A stretch of 64,000 nt of DNA from Octopus vulgaris (Eukaryota), in contig OX597832.1 in the NCBI GenBank assembly GCA_951406725.2, positions 2,294,001 to 2,358,000 of the forward strand, in the 5' to 3' direction. The notes under the pieces were generated by a model. It was not told the origin of the DNA. It ran no database searches and saw only the letters and a list, made by a program, of their open reading frames with translations. Both the position numbers and the translations under genes were made by a program. Of this stretch, positions 1-12,229 are shown piece after piece (position 1 is the first letter of the stretch; each line of letters starts with the position of its first letter).

Positions 1-639
1 CTAACATCAAATTCTTAAGTGACTTATTTACATCTTTGTAAAATGGATCACTGAAAGCTATCTTTGCCAGAAACATACAGCTCTGCTGGTGTAATTAGAA
101 CCATCAGTCAGTAATCAAAAATCCTATGTACATAATCACAATATAGATTTTGATATCTATTTTGAATATGTCGTGGTATTTCAGTGATGGTACCCTAAAG
201 TGGTCTCTTATTCTTCTTTACTGCTACATATCAAGATTAATGGGAAATGGGACAATAAATGTTTATATTTTGCCTAAAATGTTTAGACACAAATGTAGTG
301 AAAATAACTGCTGGGTGTTGAACCCTTTTGTTGCATATTTCTGTTGAAAATACTGCCTTTGTTTCAATTAATTTTGATTATTAATCCTGTGGTTGAAACA
401 TAAATTAATACAAAATTTTGATAGTAATTATTAAGTAAGTATTAAGTTGGATCACTTCAAGACAGAACGTTTGTATTGCAGTCTCAGTTAGTTTAGAATC
501 AATGCAGATTCTGACAAACTGTTTACCATCTCACTGATGTTTGTCATAATTACAGTTAGACCTTCCAGCCATCTTTGACTTTTTAAAGATATTCTTTTAT
601 ATACAGTTTATTTCTTTTAGATTAAATGGGCAGTGAATA

Positions 640-1700
640 GAAAAGTTTTGAGCATGGGATGAAGGTCAATATACACTGCTGAGTTTAAATTATATAAATA
701 ATTACAATAGCATGGTAAGAGTTAGCAACAAATTCAGCAAGGAATTTAGTGTGCAGGTAGGTGTCTATCAGAACTCAAATCTCAGCATCCTCCAGGCAAT
801 AATAAATGAGTTTGAAACCAGCTGTCTGTCAGAGCTTCTGTATGTTGTTGACTTAGTTCTCTGTCAAAACTTTTTTTTTTTTAATTCGAAACATGGAAGT
901 AAAATTAGAACCAAAATGTCTACAAGTAAACCTCATAAAGATGGAACTTTTAAGGAATAGAAAAGAAAACAGGACTCAACTGCCATCTGGAAAACAGCCA
1001 TTATCAGTATACAGGAAAGTAGTCTGTAGGAATTATATATGGTTTACTGTATGTAAACTATGGGGTGCAGGAGTGGTTAGCTATAAGAGTATCCATCTAA
1101 TAAATTGTTTGAAATGCCTGGAAGGCTCCCTAGAAGTAGTTGATAGTTTCTTTTACTGAGGTGACTTAACTCTTTCGTTACTGTATTTATTTTGAGATGC
1201 TCTGTGTTTCTTTCAATTACTTTAAATATAACAAAGAATTTAGTAAAGTAACTTAGTTACCATTCAGCTAGTATTAGGAACATAAATTGTGACTAAGGTT
1301 TGGTGGAAGATTTTAATTCAAAACTTATGAAAACAAGACATTTGTACTCAGAGCCAGAGCTGGCTTCAGCCAGCTTGGTAATGAAAGGGTTAAGTAGCAA
1401 TGGAGGTGTGTGTTAAAAAGCATAAGCCTGAAAAAGTTCAGGAAACTCTTAACTCTCATAGAAATAAAGGAATTATTACTCCATGTGAAGGATAGATTGT
1501 ATGACACATGCCTATGAAGTGCAATGCTGCATAACAAAACAAACATTAAAAGCCAGGGGCAGGGGATGCGTGACAGCTGAAAAGAAATTAGGTGTACCCA
1601 TTGGATGTATATTGTTAATGCACAAATAAACTGTGGAAAACTAGGTGTAAGAAGAATCTTGTAGTATACTTGAGTTGTAGATTGAACTAGTACAAATATG
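640..1700 (+). mobile_element. Degenerate RTE-type LINE remnant (RT and C-terminal region)
   Basis: ORF fragment VRVSNKFSKEFSVQVGVYQNSNLS...ELLYVVDLVL resembles the RTE/BovB RT motifs (GVHQGSVLSP; LLYADDL); many stops; similar remnants at 12410-13100 and 61985-62340. Confidence 0.65.
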
Positions 1701-1937
1701 AGATGTATATGGAGGACAAACAGTTGAGTGAAGTGCCTTAGTGTTTTCTTAATTTATGTCATTGAGTTCATACCATACTATAAAATCAAGATAACAGCAA
1801 GAAACTAGGATATTATTTCTCATAACTCACTCTAGTCTTTTTAGATTCTGTTTGTCTTGAATCGGTGCTCTTTATTCTCTATTATCCATGTTCATGTTCA
1901 GAAATTTGTCTAAGACTTGGCTGAAATTGTTTTTCAG

Positions 1938-2110
1938 GTGTTATATTTATCACACAAACCCGTACTATTCCGCCCATACGGTATCTCTTAAAACTGCACA
2001 AAAATGACAACATTTATAAAGCCAAAACTGAACTGCGAAAGACGGCAGGCCAGCAAAACTGTGATATCATCATGGTTGAAGTAGTTAACAATTACATTTC
2101 ACGAGTCCTT
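1938..2110 (+). CDS. USP-family deubiquitinase, internal exon (Ubl-like insert: VIFITQTRTIPPIRYLLKLHK...IIMVEVVNNYISRVL)
   Basis: ttttcag| acceptor and |gtaagt donor; open frame joins the next exon in phase 0. Confidence 0.85.
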
Positions 2111-2231
2111 GTAAGTCAAAGAACTTTCATAATGCTTTTTAATTGATCATGTACAATATTATTGTTTTTATCCTTGATATTGTCATTCGTTATTTTTGTG
2201 TATTTTCCCAGCCAATCTAATGGAAACATTT

Positions 2232-3001
2232 GGGTCATTCCAGTGAAATTCAACAAAGTTCTGTGAGAAAGTTTGAAAATTGAGGGGTGTTTTTTTTTTA
2301 TTTTTTAACCAGACTAACTTCTTATCACTAAAGTGAAAACTATATAAAACTATATATACTCAGAAAATACACCTAATGGTGAGTATAGAAATGTAAGAAT
2401 ACAGCATTTAAAACTACTCTAAATATCAATTTTCATCCTCTGAAAATAGAAATTTCCATTTTTATGGGTAGTTCAGAGCCCCAGAAATAAATATGCAACA
2501 ATTAGGAAAACTTTCAAACCTAAAAATCCTTGGACATTGACCTCTTGACTATACAATAACAAAAATGTGATCAGAAAATAGATCCTCATCCTTTTATAAT
2601 ACCTTCATAATAGATTCATGGGGTCAAAAATTCTACTAGTTTCATATTGATAGTTAAGACAATTATAAAAGTTTTCGATTACAAAAGACTGTATTTTCCT
2701 TCCAAAATTGAAAAAAAATTAAGAAAACTAGTAAAAAATATCAGAAATAACATGAAACAGTAAAAAATAAAATGAATCAAAAGTTATTTGCTTGCTTATA
2801 TTTAGAATGATGGGCCCCTAAAAATAAAAGAAATTCATTATTTTGAAAATTGCCTAAAACTTTAAATGGCCATAAAATCTTATTATAGAGCTGAAATTTT
2901 CAGGAATTACTCATCCCATGGATATTAACTAATAGTGTAAATTTGAAGAAAATCTAAGAAACTTCACGATGGACCCTTGTTGAATTTCACTTGAATGATC
3001 C
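2232..3001. mobile_element. Non-autonomous DNA transposon (MITE-like) with ~25-bp TIRs
   Basis: Left end gggtcattccagtgaaattcaacaa matches reverse complement of right end ggatcattcaagtgaaattcaacaa; no coding capacity. Confidence 0.7.
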
Positions 3002-3727
3002 TATATAGCTCTCCATCTGTTTTACGCTGCTTAATCATTTGGAGAATTTTATTACATTTAGGATAGCCAAAAGTTGAAAGGTCAAGCCTTTCCCATTGTA
3101 ACAATAATATTTTTATCATCTTTACTGTCTTCCTTGACTAACACTAATTATGAATTTATGGCACTTCTTTAAACCACCACAATTTACATTTTTCATATAT
3201 AATCTTTTATGAGAATCACAGCTTAATACATTGATTGGGTGCCAGACTATCAACCAAAGAGTTTATGCTTCATGCTTTATTATTTGAATAGCACTCCATT
3301 CCTTACAGTTGAATCTGAATGTTCCAGTTCACAATATTAGACCTTTAATATTTTTGTATCCATTCAATCACCCTAGCATTGATGAGATGGCTTTTGCAAA
3401 TTTGACCTGTTGTATGACATTTGACCAATTTGTTTCACTGTTGTTTATTTTCCATACCATATATGTTATCAGTCAGGTAACTTGTGGAAATCAGTGCTTT
3501 GACTTTAGTAAACTGTCTATATGATCCAAGGTTACATGTCTTGACCTCAAATCTGTTAATATCATTCTTGGCATCATTATTGCTATGTGGAGTCAGTTTG
3601 TTTTCTTTTCCTTTTACAGTTTATGCTATGGTTCACTTGTTATTTCTGCAGGGTCTATAAAATATGTATCAGAATATAGTTTGTTTTCTAACAATATAAG
3701 AAACTATTATTGTTATTATTACTACTA

Positions 3728-4135
3728 CTCATTAGCATGCCAGACAAAATGTTTAGCAGCATTTCGTCTGTCTTTACGTTCTGCATTCAAATTCTGCTGA
3801 GGTCAATTTTGCCTCTCATCCTTTCAGGGTTGATAAGCATTGGGATCAGTATAATCAGCTAGCTCTCTCCCTTAAAATTTCAGGTCTTGTGCCTATAGTA
3901 GAAAAGATTACTACTACTATTATGATGGCAGGCTAGCAGAATCATTAGCACACTGGACAAAATGCTTAGCAGCATTTCATCTGTCTTTAAGTTCTGCATT
4001 CAAATTCCACTGAGATCAGCTTTGCCTTTCTTTCAGGGTTGATAAAATAAGTACCCGTTGCACACTGGAGTTGATGTAATTGACTAGCCCCTCCCCAGGA
4101 TTCCAGGCTTTGTGTCTATAGCAGAAAGGATTACT
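3728..4135 (+). mobile_element. Two tandem SINE copies (family with gcagaatcattagca...aatgcttagcagcattt...ttcagggttgataa core)
   Basis: 3728-3910 and 3925-4135 are clearly homologous; a minus-strand copy lies at 46370-46580. Confidence 0.7.
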
Positions 4136-4195
4136 GATACTACTACTGCTCCATCATCATTTCTAATAGTTCTCTTTTGATCATTTTCTTTTTAG

Positions 4196-4888
4196 GATGA
4201 CAATATATTGCTCCGGTTTGTCAATGATTCTGCTCGAAAAATTTATGCCTTTCAAATGGCTGTTCCTCCTAATTCACTGGACAGTTCCCCATCAGACAAT
4301 TTAGGAAAGCTGCCAACAGTTAACTCCAGTTTAGCTACTAAAGAAAGCATTGCCACCAAACAAACTAGTTCTTCAAAATCTCCTGACATTTTTTCAAATA
4401 TGGATACTTTCTGCCCCAGTAACTGTTCACCACAGAAGACAACATCAATGAGCACAACAGTATCTGATGTAACTCCACAGTCAAATGATAGTAACCTTCC
4501 ACTATTATCACAGCCATCTTTGGATCCTGTATTAACTCCTCTGAGCCAGTCTACATTAACAACAAGCATGTCTACCTCTGCATTCCCTGATTCAATTGTG
4601 ACAGATGATGCTCATGTTTGTGATTCTTCATCAGTTACAACTCAGTCCAAAACTAATGATCCTGATCCAGACTCTATGCAAACTGACCAAATATGGGATT
4701 GGTCTTTGACAACAGATAATTCCAAAAGGCCAGCCATTCCAATGAGTTGGGAGTCTGCACCCTCTGCGAATTTATCATCCATTGCTGAACACTGGCGATC
4801 TTGTGCCATCTGTTTGGAGGAATTACTTGATACAAGTTTAATGGTGCACACATCTTGCAGTGGCACTTTTTGTCATAGTTGTCTTGAA
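4196..4888 (+). CDS. USP deubiquitinase exon: end of Ubl-like segment (KIYAFQM), S/T-rich linker, first part of RING-like finger (CAIC...HTSCSGTFCHSC)
   Basis: tttag| acceptor and |gtaagt donor; 693 nt, phase 0/0; matches the 237-aa ORF. Confidence 0.9.
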
Positions 4889-5287
4889 GTAAGTAAATGT
4901 TCTCATACAGCTATTACATAGAATAGATATGTTCTTCACAAATTTTTATTTTATCATTTGCTGGAGCATGTCATAACATCTTTTTCTTCTAATCTTCAAT
5001 TATGTATGCATCCATACCTCAACTTAGCTGACAGCAGCATGAGATTTTATGAGAAAAAACATTGTGAATGAATGTATTGTTCAGAAAGAGCAGTAGTAAC
5101 TCAGCAAACTAAAACAACATATGTATTATACACACCAACACCACATGATGTCTTACCAATGACAACATACACACCTAAAAAAAATTTAAATATGATGATG
5201 ATGAAAAACATTTACCTACTAAAACAAGCAGTGTCACCAAACTTGTTCTTCAAATTCTGACATATTTTACACATGTATATTTATGCT

Positions 5288-5371
<84 letters not shown>

Positions 5372-6334
5372 AGTGTATGATCAACAAACAAGTGTATTAG
5401 TTTGATGCTCAGGAAAATGAAAAGGTCTTTTACGTTTTGAGCCTATGCTTCCTATGCTTCTCAACAGAAAGGATTAAGAGAAGATAAAAGGAGAGAATGA
5501 AAAAAACTTGTAGATTTCAGTGGTCCAAATATGTGTGTGTGTAATTTTTGGATTAATGGGTATTTGTCAATTAATATTTTGATGTGTTGAGTAAAGCACT
5601 AGCACGGTTTGGACTACCTGGTGTCATCTGCAGTTAGGGTATATTTCCCTTAGATCTACTTCAGGAATTCCGCAGTGTTAGTTGAGACAATAATCAATTA
5701 AGGAAACTGAAGATAGATTTGGTATTAGTCTTTATTCTATCAACCCATCCTGCAAGTGTCCTTTATAGGTAGATGATATGCATCATATTGTGTTGCATCA
5801 ATTTTGCAGTCTGGGTCACATCCGGTACATGCATACATGAAGTGGTGTCTTGTTAAAAATATTAAGTACAGGCATGCTTGTTTATATTTGACATGACCCA
5901 GACAGCAAAACTGATGCAACACAATATGATGCACATCATCCCACCCATAAAAGACAGTCACAGGATGGGTCAAAACGATCGTTGTACAAAATAAAGACTA
6001 ATATTAAATCCATCTTCTGTTTCCTAATTGATTATTATATATTATCATCATCATTGTTTAACGTCCATCTTCCATGCATGAGCAGGGTGGTTGACAGGAG
6101 CAGGCCAAGTAGAAAATCTACCCTAGGCTACTGTATCTGTTTGACAGGGATTTTATGGCTGGATGCCCTTCCTAACACCAACCACTCCGCAGAGTGGACT
6201 CAGTGCATTTTATGTGGCACTAGCACTGGCAGGGTAACCAAGTAACTCACAAGATGATGAATTATCAGAGAGGCAGGACATTTAAGGAGAACTTGTGTCA
6301 GAGGATGAAGAGTATATATATATAAGAAGTGAAA

Positions 6335-7900
6335 GGGATTAAAAATTCCAGGCAAATATCAAAGCTCTCAGTGTTAAACAAATTAGGTTAACTATGTCAA
6401 ACAATCAAACACCAATAAATGCAAGTTGAATAAACATCCATGGTAAATCTTCATGTATAAGTAGATCCAAATATCATTTACAAGAATTTCAAAATATAAG
6501 AATGGAGAAAATCTCATCTTTAATTGGTGATTCAACTATACAATACTGACGATCATTTCAATTGTATCAACATATTTAGATACAGAAAATATCAGTCAGT
6601 GATATATCCGAAAATATATGTTAACACAAGGTTATCAAGGCAATTCCAAATTGGTTAAATTCAAAATGAACTAAGAAAATATCTCTAGTAGACAAACACA
6701 TACAAAAAGAACATTAAGAAGAAATATAATATCTTAAGAGAAGCTAGTTTGATATTCAACTTTTGGTGACATAAGTGAATAACAAAAGAATAAAAAATAA
6801 ACATGAATTCTATGTTACAACAATTAGAAATATAGAGATTCTATGACACAACAATTAGTTTTCTCTCTATTGAATATGCCAATCATTTTTAGAAAAATTA
6901 TGTTTATATGATATATGCTTATTATATGACATTAAGAATTGAAATATTTAAATGCTTTTCTAAATTTGTGGATAACATTTCAATGTAAAATTACCAACGT
7001 AATTTAATAATATTAATTTAGAAGTTATTGTATAATACATTTCCTCAAGGCAAAGATCACATTTTAAATTACAGTATTTTATGATGGTGCGTAATTAATA
7101 ATGGACCATTTTAAATCATACTTAATGTTCCTATCTTTTTAAATCCCAAATGCATTTACTAAGATTTGTAGAATTGCCTTTTCTTCCATACTTAAATGAA
7201 TGAGAATTATTATGAAATCTGGATTTCCAAATTGTAGCAGGCAAACCTATGTAATAATCCCTGTTATTACCTTACATTGATACGCTATATTTTTCCTTAA
7301 ACACTGATTTTCTAAAGGACAGATAATTTTATTTTTAGAATTATACACTTCTATTTGGTACTGATGCTTAAAAGAATTATTACTAGTCCCCCCCACTCAG
7401 AATTGTTATGGCAGGATTATTATTTTAATTAATATTAAAACTAAGTGTTAACTGTATTATCAGAGTTGGAATTACTTTTACTTAAAGTATCGAAATCTAA
7501 TTCGGGAAAACTAGCATTAGAGTAAATTTCACAATTCACGCTTTCAATTCTATTCTAGTTTAAAGATTTTTAGTTGAGATACTCTCTAATTCTCTGTTTA
7601 TTATGTGCTGCTATAATTTCAACCAAATTTTTGGTGGTTGAAACATGAAAATTTTATACTACAGCAATTAAATAATTCCCTATATTTATTTGGAGGTGAG
7701 AAATAATTATCTTGTGCAACAAAGAATTTCCAAGGTATATTAGTAGCTATAGATTATGTGAATGATGTGTTATACCAGATAATATTCCTTGATTTAGTCT
7801 TCCTATTATTATATATATACTTTTCTTAGTATTAACATTATTAATGATATAACTATGAGAAGTAAAAAACAAAATATTGAAGATGAACATATTTAAAAGC
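6335..7900 (-). mobile_element. Decayed Penelope-like element (GIY-YIG end plus terminal repeat)
   Basis: Minus-strand fragments YYIGLPATIWKSRFHN and CDLCLEE; 6335-6500 is an inverted homolog of 21712-21875. Confidence 0.55.
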
Positions 7901-7999
7901 ATAGATTCAGCTCTGTAGATACTAAGTATATGGCTGGTATTCCCTGATGCTGTGCCAGGCAGTGGTTCTCATGGCTTCTGTCAAAGATCACTGCTCCCC

Positions 8000-10080
8000 T
8001 GTTCTGTCTCGTAATCATCCATCGACCTGGGGGGACAATGTTCCCTTAGAGATCTCCGTAAGGTCTCGGGGCCTCCCTTCCCCCTCCCCTTTGTCATCGG
8101 AAGAGCTAATCTTCCTTCAAATATCAAGGACATGATGTGGTATTCCATCCACTGATACATTATTGAAAGTGCTGATTGTGGTCACCTTTCCTTATTCACA
8201 TTGTGTTGTGAACCAAGCATTCGGGTGTTTCACCCACAACCTCATCCCCAACCTGCATGGATGTAATCCCTTCCACTTCTCGCTGCTGCGGCACCACCAT
8301 GAGGTGTCTCAGAATATCAGATTATGGCCCTATGCAGGACTGACTGTTCAGCTTGCCCTACCTTGGGCAACATGTTATACCAGAAGACTGCCTCCATAAG
8401 GGAGACTCGTCCCCTCTTGGCCATGGTTTTAATCATACAGTGGTGCTGTTCCACAATCCCATTTCCACCTGTCCTATATGCAACTCTGAAAAAGCATCTT
8501 GTGCTCCGTCTTTCAAGCATTTCTCTCAGCTGCTCTGAGTGAAAGATTCCACTGTTATCCATCAATAGTTCGTCTACAGGACCCCTTTCTAAAAACACTG
8601 CATTCAGCACCTCTGTGCCCTCAGCAGCAGTCTCTGCATTGATTCCTCTCCATATAGCCATTCGCCCCAGTTCACAGTCGACTATTGAAAGGTACACCTT
8701 TCCCCGATAGTGTGTCACATCAATGGCCAGCCTCTTCCATTCTTCCTCTACCCGAATCTTTCCTAGTTCGTGTGTGTCTAGGGCAGGATCAATCGATTGG
8801 CACCTGTTACACTTCCTCACTATCTTCCAAACACACTCCCTAGTGACATCGGGGTTTCCATCCTAGCGAAAGACATTGTCTTGTTGACCCCCATATGATG
8901 CATATTGTGCAGCCTCCTTAGTTCTGTGCCCTCCAACTGACAAACTGCCGCCACCTCACCCAGAACATCATCTACTGTTTCCAGCCAATTCTTTTTCACT
9001 CTGGTTAGGACGTTCACTTTATTCTTTTCTGAGGGCACAAACACCATATGCAGTTCCAGGGTGCACTTGGCAGCTAACTCCCTCAGGATTCCCAGATTAT
9101 GCTTGCTTACCATTTTCATGTTGCTGATGCCTATACATTTGACCTCCCTACCATCTACCTTTCTGAGCCTGATGTTTCTTCTTTAGTTCTCAACAATTCT
9201 TGCGGTCACCGGGGTTGTTGCGCAACCTGTATCGAGGGCTCGTGCTTCTCTCCCCACCCCACCACCTTAAGCCTCTCTACTGGCAACATTCGGTTGTGCA
9301 CCTTCAATTGATAGTGGAGGGAACTAGCAGTGCAGTAGTCCCCTTCTTTCATTTCCCTGCTTGCAATTTTTTGCTATGTGCCCAGGGTGGCCGCATTGCA
9401 AACACAACCATTGGCTTTGGTTCTGTGCACTCCCTGATCATGTGCGGACCTTGACATCTGAAACATGGTCCCTTGGTCATTCACCTCACCAGACTCTTGC
9501 TCTCGTTGTTTGCTACCTGCCTCTTTGTCCAACTTGTAACCATCATCACTGTTATCACTATGTCTCGAATGTCGCCTTGCATCAACACACGCAATTTATC
9601 AATCATCTCTCCTACCGACATCATTTCGATGCTACTGACATACAAAGATATGGTCAGGGAAGCAGTCACAAAAGCCAGCTTCACCATCCGCTCCATTGCT
9701 GCTCCAGTAAAACTTGCTATCTGCTTGCCAATCCATCTAACCTTCCTCAGCTTGCTGTAGGCTTTAAAAGTCCCCTCCGTGTACATGTCCTTCAGCTGCT
9801 GTTCAATTTTTTCTGCTTTCTCTTGGTCCACCTCATCCATCTCCAGGTTGAGATTCAATGCATTGCCTTCTAAATACAACAGCATAAGGCTTGCCACATC
9901 TTTTATTCCCTGCAGCTCTGCCACTAATCTTACCTTCTTTATCCAGGCCATCATATCACCTTCCCTATATCATTTCCAATTCTGATTTTTGTATCAATTA
10001 CAAACAAAGAACAAGAACAACAAGAAAAATAAAATGTCTACTTCTCGGACGTACCCTCACAGCTAGTAACAATGTGCCAA
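8000..10080 (-). mobile_element. Decayed, internally deleted Ty3/Gypsy-type LTR retrotransposon (gag, RNase H end, integrase)
   Basis: gag-like AWIKKVRLVAELQGIKDVASLMLLYLEG; HHCC remnant (HNMHH...CNRCQ); integrase core LAIDVTH...LSIVD...LLMDNSG...GNGIVEQHH; no RT seen; boundaries approximate. Confidence 0.8.
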
Positions 10081-12008
10081 AATAGCTTGTGGTTTGAAGG
10101 CAAATAAATAAAATTGTTCTTGCTTTGACTTGCAATCAGGTACTGCTGGCAGATTGATCAACTCTTCACTCATGTTGTCACGACCTCTGTATTTTCATGA
10201 CTGGCGTCTGTCACTGCTCATGTCCCTAGGAAAAACCAAATGCAGGGAAAAACTTTTCTTCTCACTTACATGACATCATCTCATTGCTTCCAGTCTTCCT
10301 TCCACCATAAAAACTACAATAGGAAAAAAACCATTAACAATTATCAACTGGTAACACTTGGTACTGCAGAAGACTCAGCTTCTTGCATAACCTTAGCAAA
10401 ATATTGGTTAAGATAGTGGAGTAGTGCACTACCACCTCTCTGACCATTATCTATTCAATACCCTCTCATCTCCTTAGCATGACTTCTACTCACCATACCA
10501 TGCCATATGTACTTCAGAGGAAAGCACTCAAGTTGTGCTTATTGAGTACCCTCTACCCCCACCACCGCCTATAGCTTGCTACTCATTCTTCTATCTTGAA
10601 TTGTGATGCTTGGGTTGGGAGGCAACCTCTACTCACCCTCCGTGATTCACTATGTTCTCTTGGTTATGTTAACTTGCCTCTTCTCATGCACCAGTCATAT
10701 ATAACATAGAGTGGCTCTACATCACTACTTCGTTAAACCTCTATCTCACCATCTTTATCACTCTAACACACACACACACTCTCTCTCTCTCTCTCTCATA
10801 TATATACACACACACATACACACACAACCCCCCACCTCCCAACACTGCTTTCCCTTTCTTTGCTATTACCCTCTTTCATAACACTTGCTGTTTCTATCAG
10901 TTCCCTCTATCCAACCCTCTCAACACTAAACCTGTATAACTGACAAATTTTGATGCTGTCCAAATCGTGCAAGTATGGAGAAAGTGGACATAAAATGAGG
11001 GTATATAACATCTCCCCTCTCTCTTTTACACTAATTCCTGACATTACTCTTTGTGTTACTTTTGCTTTGTCTTCTTCACCAACACAGTATCCTCAGTTGC
11101 TCTCTCCATTACCATTCCTCTCACCACACTATATCTGCTTCTCATCATATTTTAACATCTCTTTCAGTCATGGGGTCTCTTTGTCACCTTGCATGCCTAG
11201 TGTTGGTGTACAGAAAAAAAGCTCCTTGTACACTCTGTAAGTGGTTGATAAATCAAATTGATCATTGACAATGTAGGGCTTTTGAGGGTGCTTTTTAATT
11301 TTGCTAAGGGTAAGACTACCTCTATTGGTGGTACCATGAAAAGAGGCACCTAATACCTTGTGAAGTGGTTATTGTTAGGATGGGCTTCCACCAGCCTCAG
11401 AAACATGGTTTTGACCTGTCAGATCCTGTCACACCATCCATCACATGCCAGCATGGAAAATGCATAAAATGATATGTGTACGTGTGTGTTTGTGTGTGTG
11501 TGTGTGTGTGTATACATGTGTATAAAGCATTTTCTCCAAGAATATGAGTTCAGTCATCCTTTGATCCAGGTGATTTAAATTGAATTAAAACTTAAATCAA
11601 GGGTTAATACCTGTTTTAGAAATGGATGTGATTTGAAAAGCCAGGAGTATATTATACAAAATGGTGCATGTATGTAGATAAAGAGAGAGAGAGAAAAGAG
11701 TGTCAGAACACCAAGCTAAGAAATATAAGCATGTGACAGCCTGTTGCAAGTATATTTTCTAATCATTTTCAGTTTCAAGTTTTTTTTGGTTACATCAGCA
11801 CACTTTTTGATAGTTGTAATCGGGGCCTTTTAGGTTATGACCTGTTCACAATGCTTTTATGAATAACAATATGTATATTTTGAACAAAGATTGAACTTTA
11901 TACTTTAGGTATTTGATTACTCATTTTATTCCATAACTTTCAGATTTGCTTATAAATTTTGATGTATTTTAGTTTATTTATATATATATATATTTTGTAT
12001 TATTCCAG

Positions 12009-12050
12009 ATGTCACTGAAACACCATAGTGTTTTCTCTTATACTTGCCCT
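12009..12050 (+). CDS. USP deubiquitinase 42-nt mini-exon (MSLKHHSVFSYTCP), part of RING-like finger
   Basis: ttccag| acceptor and |gtaagt donor; phase 0/0. Confidence 0.85.
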
Positions 12051-12152
12051 GTAAGTAGGTTTTTTATATGTAATTTCTTTTTTTACATTTATTGTGATAG
12101 TAACACTCTAGAAATTACTTCTTTTGTCTGTATTTTGTTTGTACTATTCTAG

Positions 12153-12229
12153 GTGTGTCTTGCTTTCGTAAATCCTTCTGTGGAATTTGTCCCATTGGCT
12201 GATCCAGACAGCAAAAGGTTAAGAACAAG
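12153..12229 (+). CDS. USP deubiquitinase exon (VCLAFVNPSVEFVPLADPDSKRLRT), completes CPVC of the RING-like finger
   Basis: ttctag| acceptor and AG|gtaatt donor; phase 0/2. Confidence 0.85.

Noticed and set aside
4252-4866. Minus-strand ORFs overlapping the USP exon
   Set aside because: Antisense shadows of a real coding exon with no independent features.
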